A stretch of DNA of 64,000 bases. Source: an uncultured Verrucomicrobiota bacterium (GTDB lineage: Bacteria; Verrucomicrobiota; Verrucomicrobiia; Chthoniobacterales; JACTMZ01). Location: NCBI GenBank assembly GCA_903953565.1, contig CAJBKE010000033.1, positions 51,210 through 115,209 of the forward strand, written 5' to 3'. Below, one piece after another: positions 36,765-45,171 of the stretch; position 1 is the stretch's first letter, and the number at the start of each line of letters is the position of its first letter. Position numbers and translations under genes: made by a program. Below the pieces are notes generated by a model that did no database searches, was not told the origin of the DNA, and worked only from the letters and a program-made list of their open reading frames with translations.

Positions 36765-38159
36765 ATGAACAAAACTGCCCAATCCCATCTGCTATCTACC
36801 GGCGCCGAAAGCGCCATTCTAACCCCAACCTCGGCCGCAGACGGCGAGGTGCTTGTTCGCGTCGAGGGCGTCTCGAAGAAATTCTGTCGCTCTTTGAAAA
36901 AGAGCCTGTGGTATGGACTGTGCGATATCGCGGGGGAACTTTCGCCCTTCGGGCGGCGCGATGTCGCGGGAGATAGTAGATTGAAGATGGTAGATCGGGC
37001 CCAATCTTCCATGTCCCATCTTCCATCTTCTGGCGCAGGGACCGCCCTATCTTCCATATCCCAGCTTCCATCTTCCTCACCGTCCCTTCGCGATGGCGAG
37101 TTCTGGGCGGTGAATGATGTTTCTTTCGAACTGCGCCGCGGGGAATGCCTCGGCTTGATTGGTCACAATGGGGCGGGGAAGACGACGCTACTCAAGATGC
37201 TCAATGGGTTGATCAAGCCGGATGCGGGGACGATCACCATGCGCGGGCGGGTTGGGGCGCTGATTGCGCTCGGGGCGGGGTTCAATCCGATTCTGACGGG
37301 ACGGGAAAATATCTACATCAACGGTTCGGTGCTGGGCCTTTCGAAAAAGGAAATCGACGAGAAGATCGACGAGATCATCGACTTTGCCGAGATCGGGGAA
37401 TTCATCGACATGCCGGTGCAGAACTATTCGTCGGGAATGCAGGTCCGATTGGGGTTCGCGGTGGCTACCGCATTGGATCCTGACATTTTGATTTTGGATG
37501 AGGTCTTGGCAGTAGGAGACGCAAGATTCCAGGCCAAGTGCCTTAAGCGCATCACGCAGATGTTCAGTCGTTGCTGCGTGATCTTTGTTTCGCATCAGGC
37601 TCATATCATTCAGATGATATGCAGTCGGGTGCTGTGGATGCGGAAGGGAAGGACTGTGGAGGACGGCGCGCCTACGGAGATCCTTCAAGCCTATCTGGCC
37701 GCCAGCGATGGTGATTCCACAAAAGAAGAGTCGGGAGCTGTTTTGGCCCCCGAAATCGCGCGCTTCCATTTGGACGTCGAGCATCCTCGTTTGAGCCTTG
37801 GCGATTCGTTGCATTGCTGCATTCACGTGAGCCTGTCGCGGCCAGTCGCATTTGGTCGGCTACTCGTATGTCTTTTGGACGTGGCGGATAGGTATGTCGC
37901 GCGCGCTACCTGTGACCTGCGCAAGACGGAATCCATGTCAGGTGATGTCAGTATTCGTGTCTGCCTCCAAGATCTGCGTTTGGCTGTTGGTGAATACAAA
38001 ATACAGATTGTTTGCTTCTCCAGTCATCCGGTTGCCCAGCTTGTAAACTATACCCATCCACGGACAGTATTTTGTGATTCCGACATTGTTTCGGAGGTTA
38101 AGTATCAGCCCGCTTCCTCTTGGGAGTTGGTCGAAAATAGTGGAGAGCGTTGGAAGTAA
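36765..38159 (+). CDS. wzt: ABC polysaccharide export ATP-binding protein with C-terminal glycan-binding-type domain
   Basis: Walker A GHNGAGKTTLLK, signature YSSGMQVRL, Walker B ILILDE. An extra ~170-aa C-terminal domain as in Wzt. ATG 36765 preferred. Confidence 0.85.
   Translation: MNKTAQSHLLSTGAESAILTPTSAADGEVLVRVEGVSKKFCRSLKKSLWYGLCDIAGELSPFGRRDVAGDSRLKMVDRAQSSMSHLPSSGAGTALSSISQLPSSSPSLRDGEFWAVNDVSFELRRGECLGLIGHNGAGKTTLLKMLNGLIKPDAGTITMRGRVGALIALGAGFNPILTGRENIYINGSVLGLSKKEIDEKIDEIIDFAEIGEFIDMPVQNYSSGMQVRLGFAVATALDPDILILDEVLAVGDARFQAKCLKRITQMFSRCCVIFVSHQAHIIQMICSRVLWMRKGRTVEDGAPTEILQAYLAASDGDSTKEESGAVLAPEIARFHLDVEHPRLSLGDSLHCCIHVSLSRPVAFGRLLVCLLDVADRYVARATCDLRKTESMSGDVSIRVCLQDLRLAVGEYKIQIVCFSSHPVAQLVNYTHPRTVFCDSDIVSEVKYQPASSWELVENSGERWK
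36968..37078. repeat. 111-nt palindromic word element inserted in frame in wzt
   Basis: GGGAGATAGTAGATTGAAGATGGTAGATCGGGCCCAATCTTCCATGTCCCATCTTCCAT...ATCCCAGCTTCCATCTTCCTC. Near-copy of the intergenic 36204-36337. Length is 37 codons with no stop. Confidence 0.8.
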
Positions 38160-38194
38160 AAGTAGGCGGCAATGGCACGGTAGAGCGTAAAATT

Positions 38195-39568
38195 ATGACT
38201 GAATCATCAACTAGAGAAGCAATGTGGGCGCAGTTTGTTCGCGAAAATAACTTCCGTGACATTGCGGAGGTTGGCGTGTGGAAGGGCGAATTCGCCAGGC
38301 ATCTGCTCCTAGAGTGCCAGCAGATTCGCAGCTATCTCATGGTCGATAGTTGGAGGCACCTTGAGGGCTGGAATAAGCCGTTTAATCTGAGCGACTCTCA
38401 GTTGGAGCAAGTTTACCAACAGGCTCTCTTGAACACCGAGTTTGCTAAAGAAAAGGTGCGCGTGTTGAGAGGGACAACCCTTGAGGAGCGAGGGAAGATC
38501 GCAGACGACAGTTTGGATTTTGTCTACATCGATGGTGATCACTCGCTCAGAGGCATCGTGATCGACGCGCTGAGCAGGTGGCCGAAGTTGCGCGCAGGTG
38601 GGGTGCTGGCTGGTGACGACTTTAGTGATACCGTGTGGCAGCACTCGCTGGAATTCGAACCTTCGTTGGTCAACCCTTTCATGAGGTATTTCGCCGATGC
38701 GGTTGGAGAACACTTGCACGTCTTGCCGTATAACCAATGTTACATACAAAAGTCTTGCTCGAGCGGCATTGGTCAGGCTCCTGCCGCTAGCGCGCAGCAC
38801 GGTTTATTGCCGCTCCTAAATATTTCCTCATTGAGCAGTGGTTCTGACAAGAACCGAGAACTGCAGCAGTTATTGGCGTTACCTAAGCGCTTAACAAAAG
38901 CGCTACTCCGTCGCAGTTCTGCTCGCTTTCGAGAGCGGGAGGCTATCACGCGCCACGGCGAACGTTTTCCGGAGTATTTCTCAAGAACGGGTATTGCATT
39001 TATTCATGTTCCGAAAGCGGCTGGTACCAGCATTTCACTAGCACTATATGGACTCGCCGTTGGACATCGTCGCCTCAGTGAGTGGCAAACAAGGTTTCCG
39101 TTTTCAATGAGGAAAGTAAGGACCTTGGCTATTGTTCGAGATCCGCTGGAGCGTTTCGTTTCTGCTTTCAACTTCCTGAAGGCAGGTGGGATGAACGATC
39201 TAGACAAGAATTTTGCGAATGCTCAACTGGCCGCTTTTAGCGGCCCAGCAGAGTTGGCGGAGGCGTTAGTGGACCCAATTTGCCAAGCCAAAGTGCTTGT
39301 CTATCCCCACTTCACGAGACAGGTGGATTTTGTGACAAATGCGTCTGGCGCCGTGGATATTGATTGTCTTGTCTGTCTTGAAGACCTTGCTGTGGCGGAG
39401 AAGTGGGCAGCGGAAAGGAGCAGATCCAAAGTAGTGTTTAAACAAATGAACGCTAATCCCATAGCGAAAGGAAAATTGCGATGGACGCCAGCTTCCTTAG
39501 ACGTGCTAAAGGCTATTTATCGGGAAGATTTTGAGCTGTATGAGGCAGCAAAGAACCTCTCAAGCTAG
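38195..39568 (+). CDS. Bifunctional class I SAM methyltransferase (N) / family-2 sulfotransferase (C)
   Basis: N-terminal: FVYIDGDHSLRGIVIDALSRWPKLRAGGVLAGDDF (Methyltransf_24-like). C-terminal: FIHVPKAAGTSI (5'-PSB) and IVRDPLERFVSAF (3'-PB) sulfotransferase motifs. Confidence 0.75.
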   Translation: MTESSTREAMWAQFVRENNFRDIAEVGVWKGEFARHLLLECQQIRSYLMVDSWRHLEGWNKPFNLSDSQLEQVYQQALLNTEFAKEKVRVLRGTTLEERGKIADDSLDFVYIDGDHSLRGIVIDALSRWPKLRAGGVLAGDDFSDTVWQHSLEFEPSLVNPFMRYFADAVGEHLHVLPYNQCYIQKSCSSGIGQAPAASAQHGLLPLLNISSLSSGSDKNRELQQLLALPKRLTKALLRRSSARFREREAITRHGERFPEYFSRTGIAFIHVPKAAGTSISLALYGLAVGHRRLSEWQTRFPFSMRKVRTLAIVRDPLERFVSAFNFLKAGGMNDLDKNFANAQLAAFSGPAELAEALVDPICQAKVLVYPHFTRQVDFVTNASGAVDIDCLVCLEDLAVAEKWAAERSRSKVVFKQMNANPIAKGKLRWTPASLDVLKAIYREDFELYEAAKNLSS

Positions 39569-39704
39569 CGAATGCCATGCCTCCGTTCTTCAGTCCGCCT
39601 TTGCTCGCTTTAGCGGAGGCGCTTGGAAAGGTTCTTAAGCCAATAATTCCCTTAAGCTTGTTTAATTGCAAAAATATCCAACCTCCAACGTTTGAAACCA
39701 CAAC

Positions 39705-40658
39705 GTGTATCTCTCGGTAATTATCTGCACCCATAATCCCCGGGAAGAGTTCTTGCAGAGAACGCTACAGAGCTTACGGAGTCAGACGCTCCCGGCGGAC
39801 CGTTGGGAACTACTGCTTATCGACAATGCTTCCACCAAATCACTCGCGGAACAATGGGACTTGTCTTGGCATCCATCCTCCCGGGTTGTCCGGGAGGATC
39901 GTCTTGGTTTAACCCAAGCTAGGTTGCGCGGTATCGATGAGGCTAAGGGCTCAATATTGGTCTTTGTGGATGACGATAATGTGTTGGCGCAGGATTACCT
40001 TCAGGTTTCTCTGGAAACAATCTCCCGCATGCCATGGCTCGGAGCTTTTAGTGGATCGACGGTGGGCGAATACGAAGTGCCGCTCCCGCTGTGGGCGTCT
40101 AACATGCCTATCCAATTAGCCGTGCGGGAAATTAAGCACGTGGCCTGGGGTTGCCTGCCGGGGACGCAGTCACTTCCATTTGCGCCGGTCGGTGCCGGAA
40201 TGGTAATAAGGCGGCAGGTTGCCGAACACTACTTGCGACAAGTTAAGAAGGACAACTTGCGCCAGTCTCTCGACCGCAAGGGCGACTTGTTATTGTCGGG
40301 TGGAGACAGTGATATGGCTTACTGCGCTTGCGAACTCGGATATGCGGTCGGCGTCTTCCCAGAGTTGTCACTGGTTCATATAATACCGAAACAGCGTCTC
40401 GAGGCCCCATATTTGCTGAAGCTCGCTGAGGGAATGGCTTTCTCCCACGCGATTTTGCGATTTATGTGGGACGGCGAATTACCGCCGGAACCGCAGACAA
40501 AAATAGAGTCTCGGTCCGTAAGGATTTTCAACGCTTACGCACGTTTCAGAACCCGCCTACGCGGCAAGCCGCAACCGACTTTCGACGAGCAATGGTATGC
40601 TGCTACGCAGACAGGTGTCTTGCGGGCACGGGAATTCATTTTGTCACTCAAAGCCTAA
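39705..40658 (+). CDS. Glycosyltransferase family 2 (paralog of 34179 and 54055)
   Basis: GTG start. LSVIICTHNPREEFLQRTLQSL, LLLIDNAST, FVDDDNVLAQDY. Confidence 0.85.
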   Translation: MYLSVIICTHNPREEFLQRTLQSLRSQTLPADRWELLLIDNASTKSLAEQWDLSWHPSSRVVREDRLGLTQARLRGIDEAKGSILVFVDDDNVLAQDYLQVSLETISRMPWLGAFSGSTVGEYEVPLPLWASNMPIQLAVREIKHVAWGCLPGTQSLPFAPVGAGMVIRRQVAEHYLRQVKKDNLRQSLDRKGDLLLSGGDSDMAYCACELGYAVGVFPELSLVHIIPKQRLEAPYLLKLAEGMAFSHAILRFMWDGELPPEPQTKIESRSVRIFNAYARFRTRLRGKPQPTFDEQWYAATQTGVLRAREFILSLKA

Positions 40659-40741
40659 GCAAGGCGGAGAATGATCCCCCAATCAGAAGGGATGTTCCTC
40701 TTGAGCCGCAGAAAAATAAGGGCGACGGTATTACAGTCGTC

Positions 40742-40855
40742 ATGAAAAGGACGATCGCCCTGATCGACTGGAACTGGATGGGGCACCATCCAACGTATTT
40801 CACGCATCCCGCGGCGGCGGTTGTAGTGTCAAAAGGTGTGGCATGGCGCAGTTAG
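40742..40855 (+). pseudogene. Truncated duplicate of the 5' end of the GT-B gene at 42040
   Basis: MKRTIALIDWNWMGHHPTYFTH then diverges and stops. 45 nt (40763-40807) match 42079-42123 at 44/45. Confidence 0.65.
40763..40807. repeat. 45-bp direct repeat, copy 1
   Basis: ATCGACTGGAACTGGATGGGGCACCATCCAACGTATTTCACGCAT, 44/45 identical to 42079-42123. Confidence 0.85.
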
Positions 40856-41092
40856 TCTCGTGAGATAAGGATTCCCAAGAACCACCGCCATAAATACAAC
40901 CACACGAGGCGGCTTTCCCACTTAAGTCACACGAACCCAGCGAGATTTGCAGCCGGCTGATTGGCTCCGCTCCAGCCAACGAACTTCGCATGCTAAACAG
41001 CAAAAGCTGCTCCAACAACCAACCAAATCCCTCATAAAACCCGTTCCAAAGAGCGGGGGCAGATCAAGTGTTTTCGCGTTATCGCTCCCCAG

Positions 41093-42013
41093 TTGTGGTT
41101 GCCTCTCATTGTGACTAGCATTTCAATCATCACGCCCAACTATAATTACGGGCACTTTCTCGAGCAGACGTTGCAAAGCGTGCTGTGCCAGCGTTACCCC
41201 ATGCTGGAATACATCGTGATGGACGATGGTAGCACTGATAACAGTGTAGAGATCATCAAGCGCTATGCCGACCGCCTGGCGCATTGGGAAACTGGTCCGA
41301 ATCGCGGACAATACGCTGTGATTACAGAGGGCTTCCGCAAATCCACAGGGGAGGTTATGGGCTGGCTGAACAGCGACGATATGCATCTGCCCTACACCTT
41401 AAAAGCCGTCGCCGAAATCTTCGAAGCTTTCCCGGAGGTGGAGTGGATCACGACGATGCAGCCCGCTTTCTGGGACTACAAAGGGATGCTCTTAGGTTGT
41501 GGCCATATCGACGGTTTCTCGAAGGAATCATTCTTGGATGGCCGAAATTTCTCGCCGCTGACAAACCGACCTGTCGATATAGGCAAAGGGATTAAGCTAC
41601 AAGGTTGCCTGCAGCAAGAATCGACCTTCTGGCGGCGCGCGCTCTGGGAAAAGGCAGGAGCTTATCTCTCACAAGACTACGGGAGCGCGGGAGACTTTGA
41701 ACTGTGGTGCAGGTTTCTGCGTTACGCGGAACCGTGCGGCGTAGCTACTCCCTTGTCTGGTTTCCGCCTACAAAACCAGCAGCAGACGGCTCAGCGCCAG
41801 AGCTACGCAGATGGATGTCTCAAGGCGCTGCGCCAGGCGAGGCGCGATCTTGGATACAAACCCAACGCGATGAGATCGGAAGCTTTTCGGCGAAACTTGA
41901 CGCGCCCGGCGCGCCTTTTTGCCCGATATGACTACGAGGGAACAAGAATCGTCCGTGCGAATATCGACGGGCCGGAAGCGAGCTGGCGGAGAGAGCGTCA
42001 CCGTTTTCGCTAA
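41093..42013 (+). CDS. Glycosyltransferase family 2
   Basis: ISIITPNYNYGHFLEQTLQSVLCQ, VMDDGSTDNS, NSDDM. The start may be GTG 41111. Confidence 0.85.
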   Translation: MWLPLIVTSISIITPNYNYGHFLEQTLQSVLCQRYPMLEYIVMDDGSTDNSVEIIKRYADRLAHWETGPNRGQYAVITEGFRKSTGEVMGWLNSDDMHLPYTLKAVAEIFEAFPEVEWITTMQPAFWDYKGMLLGCGHIDGFSKESFLDGRNFSPLTNRPVDIGKGIKLQGCLQQESTFWRRALWEKAGAYLSQDYGSAGDFELWCRFLRYAEPCGVATPLSGFRLQNQQQTAQRQSYADGCLKALRQARRDLGYKPNAMRSEAFRRNLTRPARLFARYDYEGTRIVRANIDGPEASWRRERHRFR

Positions 42014-42039
42014 GATAGGAAGAGTTGCAAAGCAGAACG

Positions 42040-43275
42040 ATGAATCCACACAAGTCCGACAACCGCACCGTTGCGCTCATCGACTGGAACTGGATGGGGC
42101 ACCATCCGACGTATTTCACGCATTTCGCGGCAGCGATGGCCGAGGCTGGGGCCGATGTGGTGCCGTTCTGTGCGGATCCGGAAGACCTTCTCAAGAGACT
42201 CGGGAATGAATCGCTGCCGGCCGCGGTGCGCGGACGCATTGCGAAGCCGGTGCGGGTGGCGAGCCCCGTGCCCTCGCAGTTTCGTCCCACTCGCTGGCGC
42301 GGGCACTATAACGCGTTGCGCTTCTTCGGCGGCCTGGGAAAGCAGTCGCGAGCATGGGAGCGTCGTCACGGCCGCAAGATCGATCTAGTCTTCTTTGCCT
42401 GCATTTATGACCGGCAATTCGAAAACCTTCCGTTTGCCGAGCGTTGCTTCGGATATCCGTGGTCGGGCCTGTATCTCCATGCGCGTTCGTTCCGCATGCC
42501 AAGTTCGCCGATTCCAGGCTGGTGGGGGCTACCATGTCCGGAGAAGATTTTTACGGGCCAGAAGCTTCGCTCGGTGGCAGTTCTAGACGAAGGGGCAGTG
42601 GAGCCTTTGCGCGAACTTGCTGGTGGTAAGCCTGTTTTCGTTTTCCCCGATATTACTGATGCCGGCACCGAATCTGCAGGCCCGAGTCTTGGAGCCAAGA
42701 TCAAAGCCTTTGCCGATGGGCGACCGGTGGTTTCCCTGAGCGGTTACTTGCAGAAGACAAAGGGCATCGTGGAGTTTGTCGCCGCTGCAGGAGCGCCGAG
42801 CATGGATGGTGTGGTCTTTGTGCTGGCCGGCTCGATAAGCTGGCACGGCTTCAGCGCGGCCGAGCGTGAAGAGCTGCAGCGGGCGATCGAGTCGACTCCG
42901 AATATCTTCACGCATCTGATGGAGTTGCCCGAACCAGCCATGAATAGCATCATGGAGTCATCGGACGTCATTTTTGCGGCTTACCGGGATTTTCCGAACA
43001 GTAGCAATGCGCTGACCAAGGCCGCGGTATTCGAGCGGCCAATCTTGGTGAGTGAAGGGCACCTGATGGGTGAGCGGGTGCAGAAGTTCGGATTGGGCGA
43101 GGTGGTCCCGGAAGGCGATGTTGGACGGATTGTCGCGACTCTTGAGAGAATGTTGACGGCCGGCTACCCGGACTCATTGCGACAGCGCGCCAAGTGGGCC
43201 GAATATCGAGAGGCACACTCTGTGGACCGGCTCGCTGAGGTGATACGGAATCTGATCGCGGCGTCGGCGGGCTGA
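42040..43275 (+). CDS. Glycosyltransferase, GT-B fold (GT1/GT4-like)
   Basis: 412 aa from ATG 42040. C-terminal half with SNALTKAAVFERPILVSEG...GLGEVV is typical of the nucleotide-sugar-binding domain. Confidence 0.7.
   Translation: MNPHKSDNRTVALIDWNWMGHHPTYFTHFAAAMAEAGADVVPFCADPEDLLKRLGNESLPAAVRGRIAKPVRVASPVPSQFRPTRWRGHYNALRFFGGLGKQSRAWERRHGRKIDLVFFACIYDRQFENLPFAERCFGYPWSGLYLHARSFRMPSSPIPGWWGLPCPEKIFTGQKLRSVAVLDEGAVEPLRELAGGKPVFVFPDITDAGTESAGPSLGAKIKAFADGRPVVSLSGYLQKTKGIVEFVAAAGAPSMDGVVFVLAGSISWHGFSAAEREELQRAIESTPNIFTHLMELPEPAMNSIMESSDVIFAAYRDFPNSSNALTKAAVFERPILVSEGHLMGERVQKFGLGEVVPEGDVGRIVATLERMLTAGYPDSLRQRAKWAEYREAHSVDRLAEVIRNLIAASAG
42079..42123. repeat. 45-bp direct repeat, copy 2
   Basis: Inside the 5' end of the GT-B gene. 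See 40763-40807. Confidence 0.85.
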
Positions 43276-43314
43276 TTTTCGATTTGCCGCGGCGAAGATA
43301 CAGAGAGTGTTGTC

Positions 43315-44205
43315 ATGAGTGAGTCTTGTTGTTCGGTCGTGATTCCCACGCGTAATAGGGTATCTCTACTACCTAGATGTTTGGACTGTTTGGCGAAGCA
43401 GGATCTGCCTGCCGGGGCCATCGAGATCATCGTAGTAGACGACGATTCGACAGACGGGACGGGCGAGCGGGCGCAAGCGGCGGCGGCGACTATGCCTTTC
43501 AAGTTGCGGGTGCTGAGGGGTGGCGGGCGAGGGCCCGCGGCTGCACGTAATCTCGGATGGCGGGCGGCGCAAGCGCCGATCGTGCTTTTCACGGATGACG
43601 ATTGCGAGCCATCGATCAACTGGGCGCAGACCCTTGTGGATTTTCTCGATGCCAATCCGGATGTCGGAGGTGCAGGTGGCGAAATCAAGAAGCTTCGGGA
43701 TTCGCTAGCTGCGCGATTTACCGATGACATTCGTTGCATGGAACATCCAGGTGATCCCCGCGATGTGGACTACTTGGTCTCTGCCAACGCCTCCTATCGA
43801 CGGGAAGTCTTGGAGTCTGTGGGCGGTTTCAATGAACTATTTCCCTGTGCGGGCGGGGAAGATCCCGATCTTTCCATTCGCGTGCGGGCTTTAGGAGTGA
43901 AGCTTGCGCGGGTACAAGAGGCTGTCGTCTTGCACAACCATCCGACTTCTCTCGCTGGAATCTACTGCATGCATCACCGATACGGCCGCGGGGAATTCGG
44001 GCTCTTGCGTGCGGGACACGTGAAAACGAATGACCGAGGAACAGTGAAAAGGCTGCTCAAGGAGGTGAGGATAAGTATCGCCGTCTACCGTCGGCGCCTT
44101 GATCTTTCCATCACTGACCGCTTGTTGTTTTGCTCGCTGAGCTGGGTGAAGTGTTACGCGCTCTTTGCCGGCTTCCGATCCCAGGCTCGGCAAGCCGTTC
44201 GCTGA
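43315..44205 (+). CDS. Glycosyltransferase family 2
   Basis: CSVVIPTRNRVSLLPRCLDCL, VVDDDSTDGT, FTDDDCEP. Confidence 0.85.
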   Translation: MSESCCSVVIPTRNRVSLLPRCLDCLAKQDLPAGAIEIIVVDDDSTDGTGERAQAAAATMPFKLRVLRGGGRGPAAARNLGWRAAQAPIVLFTDDDCEPSINWAQTLVDFLDANPDVGGAGGEIKKLRDSLAARFTDDIRCMEHPGDPRDVDYLVSANASYRREVLESVGGFNELFPCAGGEDPDLSIRVRALGVKLARVQEAVVLHNHPTSLAGIYCMHHRYGRGEFGLLRAGHVKTNDRGTVKRLLKEVRISIAVYRRRLDLSITDRLLFCSLSWVKCYALFAGFRSQARQAVR

Positions 44206-44211
44206 TTTTAC

Positions 44212-45171
44212 ATGACCACTGAATCATCAGGTGGGGCGCTAGTCAGCGTGCTCGTCCCGTCTTTTAAGTCGGGGCAATTCATCGGCGAGGCTCTCGAGTC
44301 GGTCGGCGCACAGGCGCATCCACATTGGGAGGTTATTGTGGTGGATGATGCCGGCCCGGAGGATGGCACGCGGGCGACGGTGGAGGCATTCGCGGCGAAG
44401 CATCCTGACCATCGCGTGGAATACATCCTGCACGAGACAAACCAAGGCGTCAGCGTTGCCCGCCGCACGGCCTTTGAGGCCTCACGCGGCGAATACATCG
44501 CTTTCCTCGATGCCGACGATGCGTTCTTGCCCGAGAAGTTAGCCAAGCATCTCGCCGTGCTCGGAAAAAATCCGGGTGTGGTGTTGGTCCACGGTCCCGT
44601 GGTCGAGGTGGGAGACTGGCCTCGCGGTGAGATAGGGCCGGCAACTTGGTTCAGACCAAGCAGCCAGTCCATGCGCTACGACGCGCGTCGCTACGATTTG
44701 GCCTCCCGCAACCACATTTGCAATTCGACGGTGGTGGCGCGTAGGTCGGCCATGAGGGCGGAGGACTTTGCCCATCGTATGTATTTCCAATTCGAAGATG
44801 CGTTCCTCTGGCTTGGATTGGCGGATCGCGGGGAATTTTGCTACGAGGACGAGGCACTCACCGCATACCGGTATCATGCGGGGAGCTTTACGGCTTCTGC
44901 CATAGCCGGACGAGGGCTTGTCGAGTTCGCGCGCCTCGAGCTTCTCCTCGCCCGGTTTCCTTACGCCAGTGGCAATGGCGAGAGGGTCGCTCAGGCAGAG
45001 GGCATCCTTGCCACTTTGCAAATGCTGATGAGTTCGCGCTCTGCCCGCGGGGCCGATACCCGAGGACGGATGGGCTTCAAGCTGAGGTGGGCATTGCTTC
45101 AAGCTGTCCTGCGCGCGGAGACGCGCAAATTCTTCGGCGGCTTGTTGCGTCCATTCTCCGACGGGAAGTAA
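44212..45171 (+). CDS. Glycosyltransferase family 2
   Basis: VSVLVPSFKSGQFIGEALESV, VVDDAGPEDGT, FLDADD. Confidence 0.85.
   Translation: MTTESSGGALVSVLVPSFKSGQFIGEALESVGAQAHPHWEVIVVDDAGPEDGTRATVEAFAAKHPDHRVEYILHETNQGVSVARRTAFEASRGEYIAFLDADDAFLPEKLAKHLAVLGKNPGVVLVHGPVVEVGDWPRGEIGPATWFRPSSQSMRYDARRYDLASRNHICNSTVVARRSAMRAEDFAHRMYFQFEDAFLWLGLADRGEFCYEDEALTAYRYHAGSFTASAIAGRGLVEFARLELLLARFPYASGNGERVAQAEGILATLQMLMSSRSARGADTRGRMGFKLRWALLQAVLRAETRKFFGGLLRPFSDGK

Noticed and set aside
40466-40855. 129-aa ORF spanning the end of GT2 39705 and the pseudogene stub
   Set aside because: Its first two thirds are an out-of-frame overlap with the GT2 gene. Only the last 37 codons (from ATG 40742) have meaning, as a truncated duplicate.
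44838-45170. N-terminal extension of the GT4 ORF (track start 44838)
   Set aside because: The extension overlaps the 3' third of the preceding GT2 gene in another frame and is Arg/Pro-rich. The conserved GT4 N-terminus MRVAMLSF starts at ATG 45171, coupled to the upstream stop (TAATG).
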